Source of the DNA: Actinomycetota bacterium
GTDB taxonomy: Bacteria; Actinomycetota; Thermoleophilia; Gaiellales; Gaiellaceae
DNA: 64,000 nt
Direction: 5' to 3'
Assembly (NCBI GenBank): GCA_046765815.1
Contig: JBKPRG010000002.1
Coordinates: 2,501-66,500 of the forward strand
This document shows, one piece after another, positions 51,586-59,674 of this stretch. A program made the position numbers and the translations under genes. How positions within the stretch are numbered: position 1 is the stretch's first letter; every line of letters starts with the position of its first letter. A model generated the notes under the pieces. That model was given only the letters and a program-made list of their open reading frames with translations, was not told where the DNA came from and searched no databases.

Positions 51586-52008
51586 TCAAGCGATGTCCCC
51601 CGTTCGGGGGACGAGCATCGTCACCGAGCCGCCGCCGGCGAGCACGCGGGTGTACCCGTACGCAGTACCCGCGGCGGCCGCGGCTGCCGGCAGCTCGGGT
51701 GAGACGAAGATGCGGTCGCGGGGCCAGCTCGCCTCCGGCGACCAGTCGCCGGCACTGCGGATCGTGACGGCGACGAAGTCCCCGGCCGGAATCGGGTCGG
51801 CGGCTTCGGGGGAAACGGTCAAGTTCGAGACGTTCAGCGTCAGCGCGCTCAGGTTCTGCCCGTTGCGGACGAGACCGGCCGAGATCAGCTCGCCGAGGAG
51901 CCTGATGAACGCCTCCAGCCCGGAAGCGGGTGTCCAGAGCTCAGGCGGCCGCTCGACCTGCAGGAAGGCGTGGGCGGTAAGGAGCGCTTCGAGCTCCGCC
52001 GCCGTCAA
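51586..52008 (-). CDS. Hypothetical protein
   Basis: 140-aa ORF, TTG start, protein-like composition; opposite-strand ORF looks spurious. Confidence 0.45.
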   Translation of the reverse strand: MTAAELEALLTAHAFLQVERPPELWTPASGLEAFIRLLGELISAGLVRNGQNLSALTLNVSNLTVSPEAADPIPAGDFVAVTIRSAGDWSPEASWPRDRIFVSPELPAAAAAAGTAYGYTRVLAGGGSVTMLVPRTGDIA

Positions 52009-52012
52009 GGCG

Positions 52013-52444
52013 CTAGCGCCGCTTGCGTTTCCGGCTCGCGGTGCCTCCGCCGCCCGGACGTCCGCCGCGCTGCTGCTGTTGCAGCCGCCGCCGCATCTGG
52101 CGGTTGGCGGTCTCCTGCACCTCGCCCTGCTCCTGCGCCGCCTCCATGTACGCGCGGCGCTCGGCCGGCGTCAGGCGGCTCATCGCCTTCTGCACTGCCG
52201 TCGGGTTCGGGTTCGAGGAGACCGGTTCGAGCTTCTTGATCGCCGAGGCGAGCTCGGGGTTCTGCCGCTCGATCGCCTTCGTCGACACGCTCGCGAAGAA
52301 GCGGCGCATGAACCCGATCCGCGACAGCGACTTGATCAGCGGCTTGAGCAACGCGCCGTTCCGGTACCGCCCCAAGACGATCAGGAGCAGGAACAGGACG
52401 AGCACGACGCCGACGATGACCAGCGGCAGATAGAGCCACCACAT
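52013..52444 (-). CDS. N-terminally anchored membrane protein with basic tail
   Basis: MWWLYLPLVIVGVVLVLFLLLIVLG TM helix; C-terminal RRRLQQQQRGGRPGGGG..RKRKRR. Confidence 0.6.
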   Translation of the reverse strand: MWWLYLPLVIVGVVLVLFLLLIVLGRYRNGALLKPLIKSLSRIGFMRRFFASVSTKAIERQNPELASAIKKLEPVSSNPNPTAVQKAMSRLTPAERRAYMEAAQEQGEVQETANRQMRRRLQQQQRGGRPGGGGTASRKRKRR

Positions 52445-52713
52445 AGGCCCGATGGTACTAGGACGAGAGCCTCGGTCAGCGGCGCGAAGTTAGCGCCAGT
52501 CCCCAGGCAATGAGCGCGCTCAGCACGAATGCGGCCCAGATCCACCAGGCGATGCCCGATGAAGGCGGGTGCGCCGGGGGTGCGGGGTGGACATTCACCC
52601 CGGAACGATTCCGATAGGGGATGTCCTGACGGTTCCCGGGGTGTAAGGATTCTCTCAATGTCGGGGGAGCGTGAGCGCGTTACGGCTCGGGGCGACACGG
52701 GAAGCGGAGAGGA

Positions 52714-53754
52714 ATGACTGCCGATCCGATCGCACTCCTACTCGAGCACGGGGACGAGCACGGCTGCGTCCACATGACGGAGCTGTACGAGCTCGTCCAG
52801 AAGCTCGAGCTGGAAGAGGAAGAGGTCGAGGGCCTCATCGAGCGGCTCGAGACGCACGGGATCGAGCTGACGGACGACTGCTCGCGCGCGATCGAGGAGG
52901 ACGTCGCCTACACGAACCAGCAGATCGCGTCGGCGACCACCGACTCGTTGCAGCTGTTCCTGAACGAGGCCGGCCGGTACGCGCTGCTGACGGCGGCGCA
53001 GGAGGTGGAGCTGGCGAAGCGGATCGAGGCTGGCGACAAGGACGCGAAGGACCTGCTCGTCAACTCGAACCTGCGCCTTGTCGTCTCGATCGCCAAGAAG
53101 TACCAGGGGCACGGCCTGTCGCTGCTCGACCTGATCCAGGAGGGGATCATCGGGCTGATCCGCGCGGCGGAGAAGTTCGACTGGCGCAAGGGGTTCAAAT
53201 TCTCGACCTACGCAACATGGTGGATCCGCCAGGCCGTGCAGCGCGGCGTGGCGAACAAGGCGCGCACGATCCGCATCCCCGTCCACATCGTCGAGCGCGA
53301 GCAGAAGATCTCGCGCGCGGAGCGGGAGCTGGTGGCGAAGCTCGAGCGAACGCCGTCCGACGCGGAGGTCGCGGAGCAGGCGAAGCTGCCGATCAAGCAG
53401 GTGCGCGAGGTGCGCGCCGCCGCTCGCGCGGTCGCGTCGCTCGACCGCCCGGTCGGCGAAGACGATTCGGCGGCGTTCGGCGACCTGTTCGCGAGCTCCG
53501 AGGCGACGCCGGACGAGCAGGTCGAGGTCGACCTGACGGAGAAGGCGCTGCACGCAGCGGTCGCAGACTTGCCTGAGCGCGAGCAGAACATCCTGAAGCT
53601 TCGCTACGGGCTCAACGGCGCGCAGGAGCCGAAGTCGCTCGAGGAGATCGGCCGCATCATGGGGATCACGCGCGAGCGCGTCCGCCAGCTCGAGGCCGAG
53701 GCGTTGCGGCGGCTGGCCGAGCGGCGCGAGATCGCCGCGCTGCAGGCTGCCTAG
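52714..53754 (+). CDS. RpoD-family sigma-70 factor, primary-like (regions 1.1, 1.2, 2, 3, 4)
   Basis: Acidic region 1.1-like N-terminus; [37 protein letters not shown] (2.x), [32 protein letters not shown] (4.2); GGAGAGGA before ATG. Confidence 0.9.
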   Translation: MTADPIALLLEHGDEHGCVHMTELYELVQKLELEEEEVEGLIERLETHGIELTDDCSRAIEEDVAYTNQQIASATTDSLQLFLNEAGRYALLTAAQEVELAKRIEAGDKDAKDLLVNSNLRLVVSIAKKYQGHGLSLLDLIQEGIIGLIRAAEKFDWRKGFKFSTYATWWIRQAVQRGVANKARTIRIPVHIVEREQKISRAERELVAKLERTPSDAEVAEQAKLPIKQVREVRAAARAVASLDRPVGEDDSAAFGDLFASSEATPDEQVEVDLTEKALHAAVADLPEREQNILKLRYGLNGAQEPKSLEEIGRIMGITRERVRQLEAEALRRLAERREIAALQAA

Positions 53755-54311
53755 GAGACGATCCCGAGCTCGTCGACGAGGGTGAAGAACGCGCTCGCGT
53801 AGGGACTCTCGGCCGTCGACTCGCGCAGCACATCCCAGTCGATCTGCTCGCGGCACGCGCGGGCGATCTCGAGCACGTCGTCGTAGTCGACCTCGTGCTC
53901 CTTGAGCGCGCGCAACTTCGAGGCGAGCACGTCGGTGACGCTCATCACCTTGATCGTGATCGCGTAGATCTCCATCTCGTCGGCGCGCGTCAGGATCGCC
54001 GGCACGTCCTGCGGCCGGTTGTTCGGCGCGTAGATCAGGTCGATCACAGCGCCGTTGTCGTCGCACACCTTGTACAGCCAGCCTTCCGGCGGTCGCTGGG
54101 CCTGGAAGCCGGAATCGACGAGCAGTTTCAGCGCTCGCTCAGCGTCCTCGCGCGGCAGGACGAAGTCGACGTCATGGTCGGTCTCTGGCCCGCCGCGGGC
54201 GTAGACGGCGAAGCCGCCGGCCAGCGCGAACTCGATGTCGTGGTCACGGAGCACCGCCGCGGCGCGCTTGAGCGCGTCGAGGAGCGTGCCCGAAGTGACG
54301 TCACTGGTCAT
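53751..54311 (-). CDS. Nucleotidyltransferase-fold family protein
   Basis: [13 protein letters not shown]...DHDVDFVL pol-beta-type G[GS]...D.D motif; ATG 54311. Confidence 0.6.
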   Translation of the reverse strand: MTSDVTSGTLLDALKRAAAVLRDHDIEFALAGGFAVYARGGPETDHDVDFVLPREDAERALKLLVDSGFQAQRPPEGWLYKVCDDNGAVIDLIYAPNNRPQDVPAILTRADEMEIYAITIKVMSVTDVLASKLRALKEHEVDYDDVLEIARACREQIDWDVLRESTAESPYASAFFTLVDELGIVS

Positions 54312-54363
54312 GCCACGCCTCGGTACCCGTGTCCGGGAGTGCCAATCCTGGGCATACAGTCTC

Positions 54364-55128
54364 ATGCCCCCGAAGACGATCAGGGTTGCCGCCGCGGGCG
54401 ACATCCACGCAGGCGCCGGCGAGGAGCGGCGCGTACACGAGTCGTTCCGCCGCGTCGAAGAGCGCGCGGACCTGATCGTGTTGGCGGGTGACCTGACGCA
54501 GCACGGCCAGCTCGACGAGGTCGCCCTCGTCGCGGGCGCATGTCGCGAGCTGTCGATCCCGACAGTGACCGTGCTCGGGAACCACGACTGGCAGTCGGAT
54601 CGCCCCGCCGATCTCACGCGCGAGCTCGTCGAGGCGGGCGTGATCGTCCTCGACCGCTCGCACACGATCCTCACGATCGGAGGTGCGAGCGTCGGCATCG
54701 CCGGAGCGAAGGGGTTCGTCGGCGGCTTCGGCGACCAGTGGGCCAACTTCGGCGAGCCGCTCTTCCGCGAGGCGTATGCCGAGACGACGCGCGACGTCGA
54801 GGGTTTCGACAAGGCGCTCGCGAGCATCGAGCCGTGCTCGGTTCGCATCGGGCTGCTGCACTACGCGCCGACAGAGCTGACGCTGTTCGGCGAGCCGGAG
54901 CGGCTGTGGCTCGTGCTCGGCGCCGAGCGGCTGGCGGGCCCGATCCGCGCGCATCGTCCGGACATCGTCCTGCACGGGCATGCGCACCACGGCTCGTTCG
55001 AGGGCGACATCGACGGCGTCCCCGTCTACAACGTCGCGGTGCACGTGATGGGGCGTGCGTTCTGGATCTTCGAGCTGGACGCGGAGCAGCACACGCCGCA
55101 GCCGCCGCTCTCTGTTGACGAGACTTAA
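54364..55128 (+). CDS. Calcineurin-like metallophosphoesterase
   Basis: AAGDIH, LAGDLT, LGNHD, LHGHAHH motifs in canonical order. Confidence 0.8.
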   Translation: MPPKTIRVAAAGDIHAGAGEERRVHESFRRVEERADLIVLAGDLTQHGQLDEVALVAGACRELSIPTVTVLGNHDWQSDRPADLTRELVEAGVIVLDRSHTILTIGGASVGIAGAKGFVGGFGDQWANFGEPLFREAYAETTRDVEGFDKALASIEPCSVRIGLLHYAPTELTLFGEPERLWLVLGAERLAGPIRAHRPDIVLHGHAHHGSFEGDIDGVPVYNVAVHVMGRAFWIFELDAEQHTPQPPLSVDET

Positions 55129-55586
55129 GAGCCGACGACTTTGACGAGCCAGCGGCGGGGCCGCGAGCGGTCGAGCTCGATGAAGAGCACGCGCTGGTAC
55201 GTGCCGAGGCAGAGCTCGCCGTCGCTGACCGGGATCGACTCGCCCGCAGAGCCGAGGATCATCGACATGCAGTGCGCGTGTCCGTTCGCCTGCACCTTAT
55301 CTTCCTCGCAGTCGACGTTCTCCGTCCGGCGGTCCCAGTCGTCGTGTGCGTAGTAGGTCTCGCGGGCGTGGGGGACGAGCCGGCGCAGGAGCGCGCTGAA
55401 GTCCTCGAACATGCCCTGCTCGTACTCATTGACGCGAACGCAGCAAGTCGTGTGGGGCGAGTAGACGCAGCAGATCCCGTCCGAGACGCCCGATTCGCGG
55501 ACGATTTCGGCGACGTCTTCGGTGATGTCGGTGACGTGAAGGCCGCCCGCCGTCTGGAACGCCCGTTCGGCCTGGAACACCTTCAT
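55125..55586 (-). CDS. YjbQ/UPF0047 family protein
   Basis: VTDITEDVAEIVRESGVSDGICCVYSPHTTCCV...NGHAHCMSMILG...LGTYQRVLFIELD. Confidence 0.8.
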   Translation of the reverse strand: MKVFQAERAFQTAGGLHVTDITEDVAEIVRESGVSDGICCVYSPHTTCCVRVNEYEQGMFEDFSALLRRLVPHARETYYAHDDWDRRTENVDCEEDKVQANGHAHCMSMILGSAGESIPVSDGELCLGTYQRVLFIELDRSRPRRWLVKVVGS

Positions 55587-55620
55587 CGCCCGCGAGTGTA
55601 ACGAGTACCTTCTGGTCTCC

Positions 55621-55693
55621 GGGCCCGTAGCTCAGCGGTTAGAGCAGCGAACTCATAATTCGTTGGTCCCTGGTTCGAATCCAGGCGGGCCCT
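55621..55693 (+). tRNA. tRNA with CAU anticodon (elongator Met, or Ile2 if lysidine-modified)
   Basis: Cloverleaf folds by hand: GGGCCCG/CGGGCCC acceptor, GCTC/GAGC D, GCGAA-CTCATAA-TTCGT anticodon arm, CCTGG-TTCGAAT-CCAGG T-arm; G1-C72 excludes initiator; CCA not encoded. Confidence 0.9.
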
Positions 55694-55779
55694 TCATCAT
55701 CACGCGCCGACGACCCGCCTGAGCGGGCCGTCGACCTCCCCCGAGGTAGGCGCCGTGACCGCGAGTCGGCCGCAGTGGC

Positions 55780-55817
55780 GGGCCAAGAGGCCGGTTGCGG
55801 CAGCGACCTGACCCGCC
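55780..55817 (+). repeat. 38-nt inverted-repeat core, copy A
   Basis: GGGCCAAGAGGCCGGTTGCGGCAGCGACCTGACCCGCC; exact reverse complement at 57572-57609. Confidence 0.9.
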
Positions 55818-55956
55818 GTGCCCCCGCGGCCCCGGCGCTTCCGTCACTTTGGGCGCACGCGCACCTCCCGTCGCCAGCCGAGGGGCCAGAAGTCTTGTGC
55901 CAAGGTCTAGCCGGGCAGAGCGCAGGTTTGACTAGTTCGCGCGCCACCGGCTGTCC

Positions 55957-55972
55957 TCCCCCAAAAGGGGGA
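55957..55972. terminator. Hairpin TCCCCC-AAAA-GGGGGA
   Basis: Perfect 6-bp stem 14 nt downstream (minus strand) of the micro-ORF stop and downstream of the lipid kinase gene. Confidence 0.35.
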
Positions 55973-55985
55973 TGTGCATCGCGGG

Positions 55986-56054
55986 CTACAGCGGGAGCTG
56001 CTGGACAGCGACGACGACGCCCAGGACGACGGTAATCACGACGACCAGGATCAT
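55986..56054 (-). CDS. Candidate 22-aa hydrophobic micro-protein MILVVVITVVLGVVVAVQQLPL
   Basis: ATG 56054 to TAG 55986; GC-rich third positions; no convincing SD; below ORF-track cutoff. Confidence 0.25.
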   Translation of the reverse strand: MILVVVITVVLGVVVAVQQLPL

Positions 56055-56194
56055 GAAGTTGAGGCTGCCGAAGGCCGGGGAGCGCCGCACGAGTCCAACC
56101 TAACGCGGTTTTCGCGCTAAATGCTCCCTCGAACAGGTGGACCTCCCCCGCCTGAGGTTGGAATCTGGCGCACGTTGCGGCAAGTAACAACTTG

Positions 56195-56989
56195 TCACTT
56201 GCTCGTGCCAGGCATCAGCAGGCGGAGCGCGCGGGGGAGGCACTCGAGCTCGACCGGCGAGCGCAGCGTGAGCGGCTCCCCGTCCGCGGCGGCGAGCACG
56301 ACCGGCCGGCCGAGCTCCAGCCGCAGCTGCTGCCCGCTTCGCTCCGTCCAGCGTGTCGGCAGCCAGCCGTCGGCGGCATAGAGGTGAAGCCGCCCCTCCT
56401 CGAGCGAGCTTCGCTCGCCGAGCGTGTAGAGGCTGACCTCGTATGCGTTGTTCGCGACGAGCAGGATGCGGGCACGCAGCGTCTCCCCGTCGAGCTTCGT
56501 CTGCAGCCGATGGCGCTCGCGGGCCAGGCGCGGGAGGGCCCGCAGCCCCGCCAGTGCCTCACCCCGGCGACGGTGATGCTCGCGGCGGTGGACGAGGTCG
56601 GCGTAGAGACCGAGTGAGACGTTGTTCAGGAAGACACGCCCGTTCACGCGGCCCACGTCGATCCGGCGCTCGACGCCACTGAACGCCGCCAGCCCAGCGA
56701 CGGGGTCGCGCCGATCGAGACCGGCGTCGCGGGCGAAGTGGTTCCGGCTGCCGGCCGGGATGCAGACGAACGGAAGGTCACGCTCGATCGCGGCCGCCGC
56801 CACCGCGGCGAGCGAACCGTCACCGCCGGCGACCCCGAGGACATCCGCATCTGCTCGGCGGGCGAGCTCGGCCGCGTCGTCTCCACGCTGGAGCACATGG
56901 CACTCGATCCCGCGCTCCGCGGCGGCTCTCAGGAGCTCTTCCCCCGTGCCGTTCTCGCCGGAATGCGGATTGACGATCAGGTAGCCCAT
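56195..56989 (-). CDS. Diacylglycerol/lipid kinase family protein (DAGK catalytic domain, YegS/LCB5-like)
   Basis: IVNPHSG start, GVAGGDGSL motif, CIPAGSRNHFARD. Confidence 0.85.
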   Translation of the reverse strand: MGYLIVNPHSGENGTGEELLRAAAERGIECHVLQRGDDAAELARRADADVLGVAGGDGSLAAVAAAAIERDLPFVCIPAGSRNHFARDAGLDRRDPVAGLAAFSGVERRIDVGRVNGRVFLNNVSLGLYADLVHRREHHRRRGEALAGLRALPRLARERHRLQTKLDGETLRARILLVANNAYEVSLYTLGERSSLEEGRLHLYAADGWLPTRWTERSGQQLRLELGRPVVLAAADGEPLTLRSPVELECLPRALRLLMPGTSK

Positions 56990-57021
56990 GCAGCCGAGAG
57001 GAATGTAGGCCGGAACGCCAA

Positions 57022-57288
57022 ATGCCGATGCCTAAAGCCGACATGGCAGCCAGCCAGAAGCCGGACTTTGACGCGATGGTGGCCGAACTCGACAGGCTCG
57101 AGCGTGAAGAGCGCGAAATCTCGGCGCTGCGCCGCAGGCTGCAAGACCGCATCGACACCTTCCCGACCGAAATGCTGCGAGCCCGCGAGCGCCAGGTCTC
57201 CGACGAGCGCCGCGAGCTCCACCGCCGCATCGACCTGCTCCGCGCCGAGCTCGGGCTTCCGGTCGTGCGCGCAGAGAGCCGCGTCTAG
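57022..57288 (+). CDS. Small coiled-coil protein with RsiG-type c-di-GMP-binding motif(s)
   Basis: Residues 30-45 EREISALRRRLQDRID fit E-x3-S-x2-R-x3-Q-x3-D exactly; residues 56-71 ERQVSDERRELHRRID fit except Q to H; start could be 57022, 57028 or 57043. Confidence 0.5.
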   Translation: MPMPKADMAASQKPDFDAMVAELDRLEREEREISALRRRLQDRIDTFPTEMLRARERQVSDERRELHRRIDLLRAELGLPVVRAESRV

Positions 57289-57571
57289 GCCGACAAGGCA
57301 TGGAAGAGGCGGCACCGGTGCCAGGCAGCGTGCTCGAGCTACCTGGAGAGGGTGCGTTTCGCGTCGAGACGGTTGGGCGCTCGCCCTACCCGGACGATCC
57401 CCGGCGGTGCGCATTTGCGCTGCCGGTGCGCGATTTCGCCCTCGGACGCGAGCCTGGGCAAAACTTGCGCAGTGCCCTCTGGACGTTTGCCCAACAGTCT
57501 TGACCCGACGGCTGGTCCGTCTGCAACGGCTCTGTCGCACAGTGCTTGGTGCGCGCGGGTCGTCAGGGGGT

Positions 57572-57609
57572 GGCGGGTCAGGTCGCTGCCGCAACCGGCC
57601 TCTTGGCCC
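57572..57609 (-). repeat. 38-nt inverted-repeat core, copy B
   Basis: Plus strand GGCGGGTCAGGTCGCTGCCGCAACCGGCCTCTTGGCCC = reverse complement of 55780-55817; 67 nt upstream of the TetR start. Confidence 0.9.
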
Positions 57610-57676
57610 GTCCTGCGGAACTCCTTTCCGGCCCGCGCGCTCCTGGGCAGGCCGATCGGTTTTAAGCTCTCCCGGC

Positions 57677-58261
57677 ATGTCTGCGGCTGACGACAAGCGG
57701 AAGGCCATCCTCGACGCTGCTGTGCGCGTGTTCGCACGCCAGGGCTACGAGGCCTCGCCGGTCGGGGACGTCGCGAAAGAGGCCGGCGTCGCGTACGGCC
57801 TCGTCTACCACTACTTCGGGTCGAAGGAGGCCGTGCTCGAGGCCGTCTTCCGCGAGCAGTGGGGGAGGCTCCTGGCAGCCGTCGCCGGCGCCGAGGACAC
57901 GGGCAAGAGCGCGCCCGAGCAGCTTGGGCTCGTGGTCAAGATCGTTCTCCGCACCTGGCGCGACGATCCGGACCTCGTGCGCCTGCTCGTGCGCGAGATC
58001 ACCCGCAGTCCGCATATCCAGGACGAGCTCGACGAGATCGGGCAGGCGTTCGCGAGCCTCGAGCGCATCGTCCGCCGCGGCCAGGACGAGGGCACGTTCC
58101 GCGCGGAGGTCGACGCCCGGCTCGCGGCGTGGATGCTCTACGGCGCGCTCGAGGAGGTCTTGACGGGCTGGGTGCTCGGGCAGCTGCCCGACGACGCCGA
58201 CGCCGTCTCGGCCGCGGAGCAGGAGATCACGAAGACCTTCGTCGGCGGGCTCTGTACGTGA
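57677..58261 (+). CDS. TetR-family transcriptional regulator
   Basis: KRKAILDAAVRVFARQGYEASPVGDVAKEAGVAYGLVYHYFGSKEAV HTH. Confidence 0.9.
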   Translation: MSAADDKRKAILDAAVRVFARQGYEASPVGDVAKEAGVAYGLVYHYFGSKEAVLEAVFREQWGRLLAAVAGAEDTGKSAPEQLGLVVKIVLRTWRDDPDLVRLLVREITRSPHIQDELDEIGQAFASLERIVRRGQDEGTFRAEVDARLAAWMLYGALEEVLTGWVLGQLPDDADAVSAAEQEITKTFVGGLCT

Positions 58262-59238
58262 TCGACCCGCAGCAGCGCTGGCGGCCGCTGCCCGACAAAC
58301 CCGACTACGCCGGCTTCCTCTCCTTCGGCGGCGCGCCGATCGCCCAGGAGCCCGCCCAGCTCCGCGGCGTCGACGTTGCGATCGTCGGCGCGCCGACCGA
58401 CGACCTCGTCTCCGACCGGCCGGGCACGCGCTTCGGGCCGCGCGCGATCCGCGCCGCCTCGTGCCCGCCGGGACCGCATCTCGAGGCCGGAATCGACGCC
58501 TTCGCCGAGCTGCGGATCGTCGATTACGGCGACGCGCCCGTCATCCCCGCCGATCCGGTGCGGACGCACGAGGCGATCCATGGGCTGATCGGCGAGGTTG
58601 TCGATGCAGGACCGCTGCCGATCGTGCTCGGCGGCGACCACTCGATCACCGAACCCTGTGTGGCGGCGATCGCGGAGCGCCGAGGCCCCGTCGGGCTGAT
58701 CCACTTCGACACGCACACGGACACCGGACGCGAGGTGTTCGGCGTTCAGCGCTCCCACGGCACTCCGATGTTCCGGCTCGTCGACGCCGCCCGTGTCGTG
58801 GGCGACCGCTATGCGCAGATCGGGCTGCGCGGCTACTGGCCCGGTCCTGCCGAGCTCGACTGGCAGCGGTCGCAGGGGATCGCCAGCTTCTTCATGCACG
58901 ACGTGCGCGAACTCGGCATCCGGGAGGTCGTCGAGCGCGCCCTCGCACACGCCGGCGACGGGCCGATCTACCTGACCGTCGACGTCGACGTGCTCGATCC
59001 GGCCTATGCCCCCGGCACGGGCACGCCGGAGCCCGGAGGGATGACCTCCGTCGACCTGCTCTGGGCCGTGCGCGAGATCGCCTCGCGGGTCGAGCTCGTC
59101 GGCGCCGACGTCGTCGAGGTGCTGCCTCAGGCGATCGGCTCGGCGGACATCACTGCACTCGTCGCGGAGCGGGTGGTGCGCGAGATCCTCACGGGTCTCG
59201 CTTCCCGAAGGTCACACGCTCGAACGGCCACGCCGTAG
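58258..59238 (+). CDS. Agmatinase/ureohydrolase (arginase) family protein
   Basis: GGDHSIT, HFDTHTD, DVDVLDP, TPEPGG manganese-site motifs; GTGA overlap with TetR stop. Confidence 0.85.
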   Translation: MIDPQQRWRPLPDKPDYAGFLSFGGAPIAQEPAQLRGVDVAIVGAPTDDLVSDRPGTRFGPRAIRAASCPPGPHLEAGIDAFAELRIVDYGDAPVIPADPVRTHEAIHGLIGEVVDAGPLPIVLGGDHSITEPCVAAIAERRGPVGLIHFDTHTDTGREVFGVQRSHGTPMFRLVDAARVVGDRYAQIGLRGYWPGPAELDWQRSQGIASFFMHDVRELGIREVVERALAHAGDGPIYLTVDVDVLDPAYAPGTGTPEPGGMTSVDLLWAVREIASRVELVGADVVEVLPQAIGSADITALVAERVVREILTGLASRRSHARTATP

Positions 59239-59632
59239 CGACCCACGCCCGGACGGCCTCCTCCAACACCGGGTCGAGCCCAGCCTCGAACGCGCTCCGC
59301 CGCACCCACAGGGTCACACGGGCGTCGTGCGTCTCGGACGGGTTGAGATACACGCAGCCCAGCACCTTGGACTCGTCCGGGGCGACGACCGTGTAGGCGA
59401 ACGAGCGGCGCAACGCGAACTCTTTCTGGTGCCAGCCGAGGTCGACGAGATTCAGCGTGATCGTGTCGACGAAGGGAGGCTGCGGCGCTCCCTCGTGATC
59501 GACCCGTTCGTTGATCGCCTCGAAGTCCTTGACGACGTCATCGATTGTCAGCTTCCGCAGGCGGAAGCGCTCGTGCTCGAGGCCGCGGGGGACCTCGAAC
59601 CCGTCGGGGACGAGCTCGAACACCGAGCGCAA
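59189..59632 (-). CDS. GNAT-fold-like protein (tentative)
   Basis: 147-aa ORF, FRLRKLTIDDVVKDFEAI...LGCVYLNP...WVRRSAF pattern; 3' end overlaps the agmatinase gene by 50 nt tail-to-tail. Confidence 0.5.
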   Translation of the reverse strand: MRSVFELVPDGFEVPRGLEHERFRLRKLTIDDVVKDFEAINERVDHEGAPQPPFVDTITLNLVDLGWHQKEFALRRSFAYTVVAPDESKVLGCVYLNPSETHDARVTLWVRRSAFEAGLDPVLEEAVRAWVATAWPFERVTFGKRDP

Positions 59633-59674
59633 CTCTAATGGACACGAACGTATGTTCGCATTAGCATCGGACGG

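Noticed and set aside
52476-52658. 60-aa minus-strand ORF with a hydrophobic C-terminus (GIAWWIWAAFVLSALIAWGLAL) in the leader region upstream of the sigma factor gene
   Set aside because: The N-terminal half is not protein-like and there is no SD for the TTG or the internal GTG start. It cannot be distinguished from chance in a 270-nt intergenic region.
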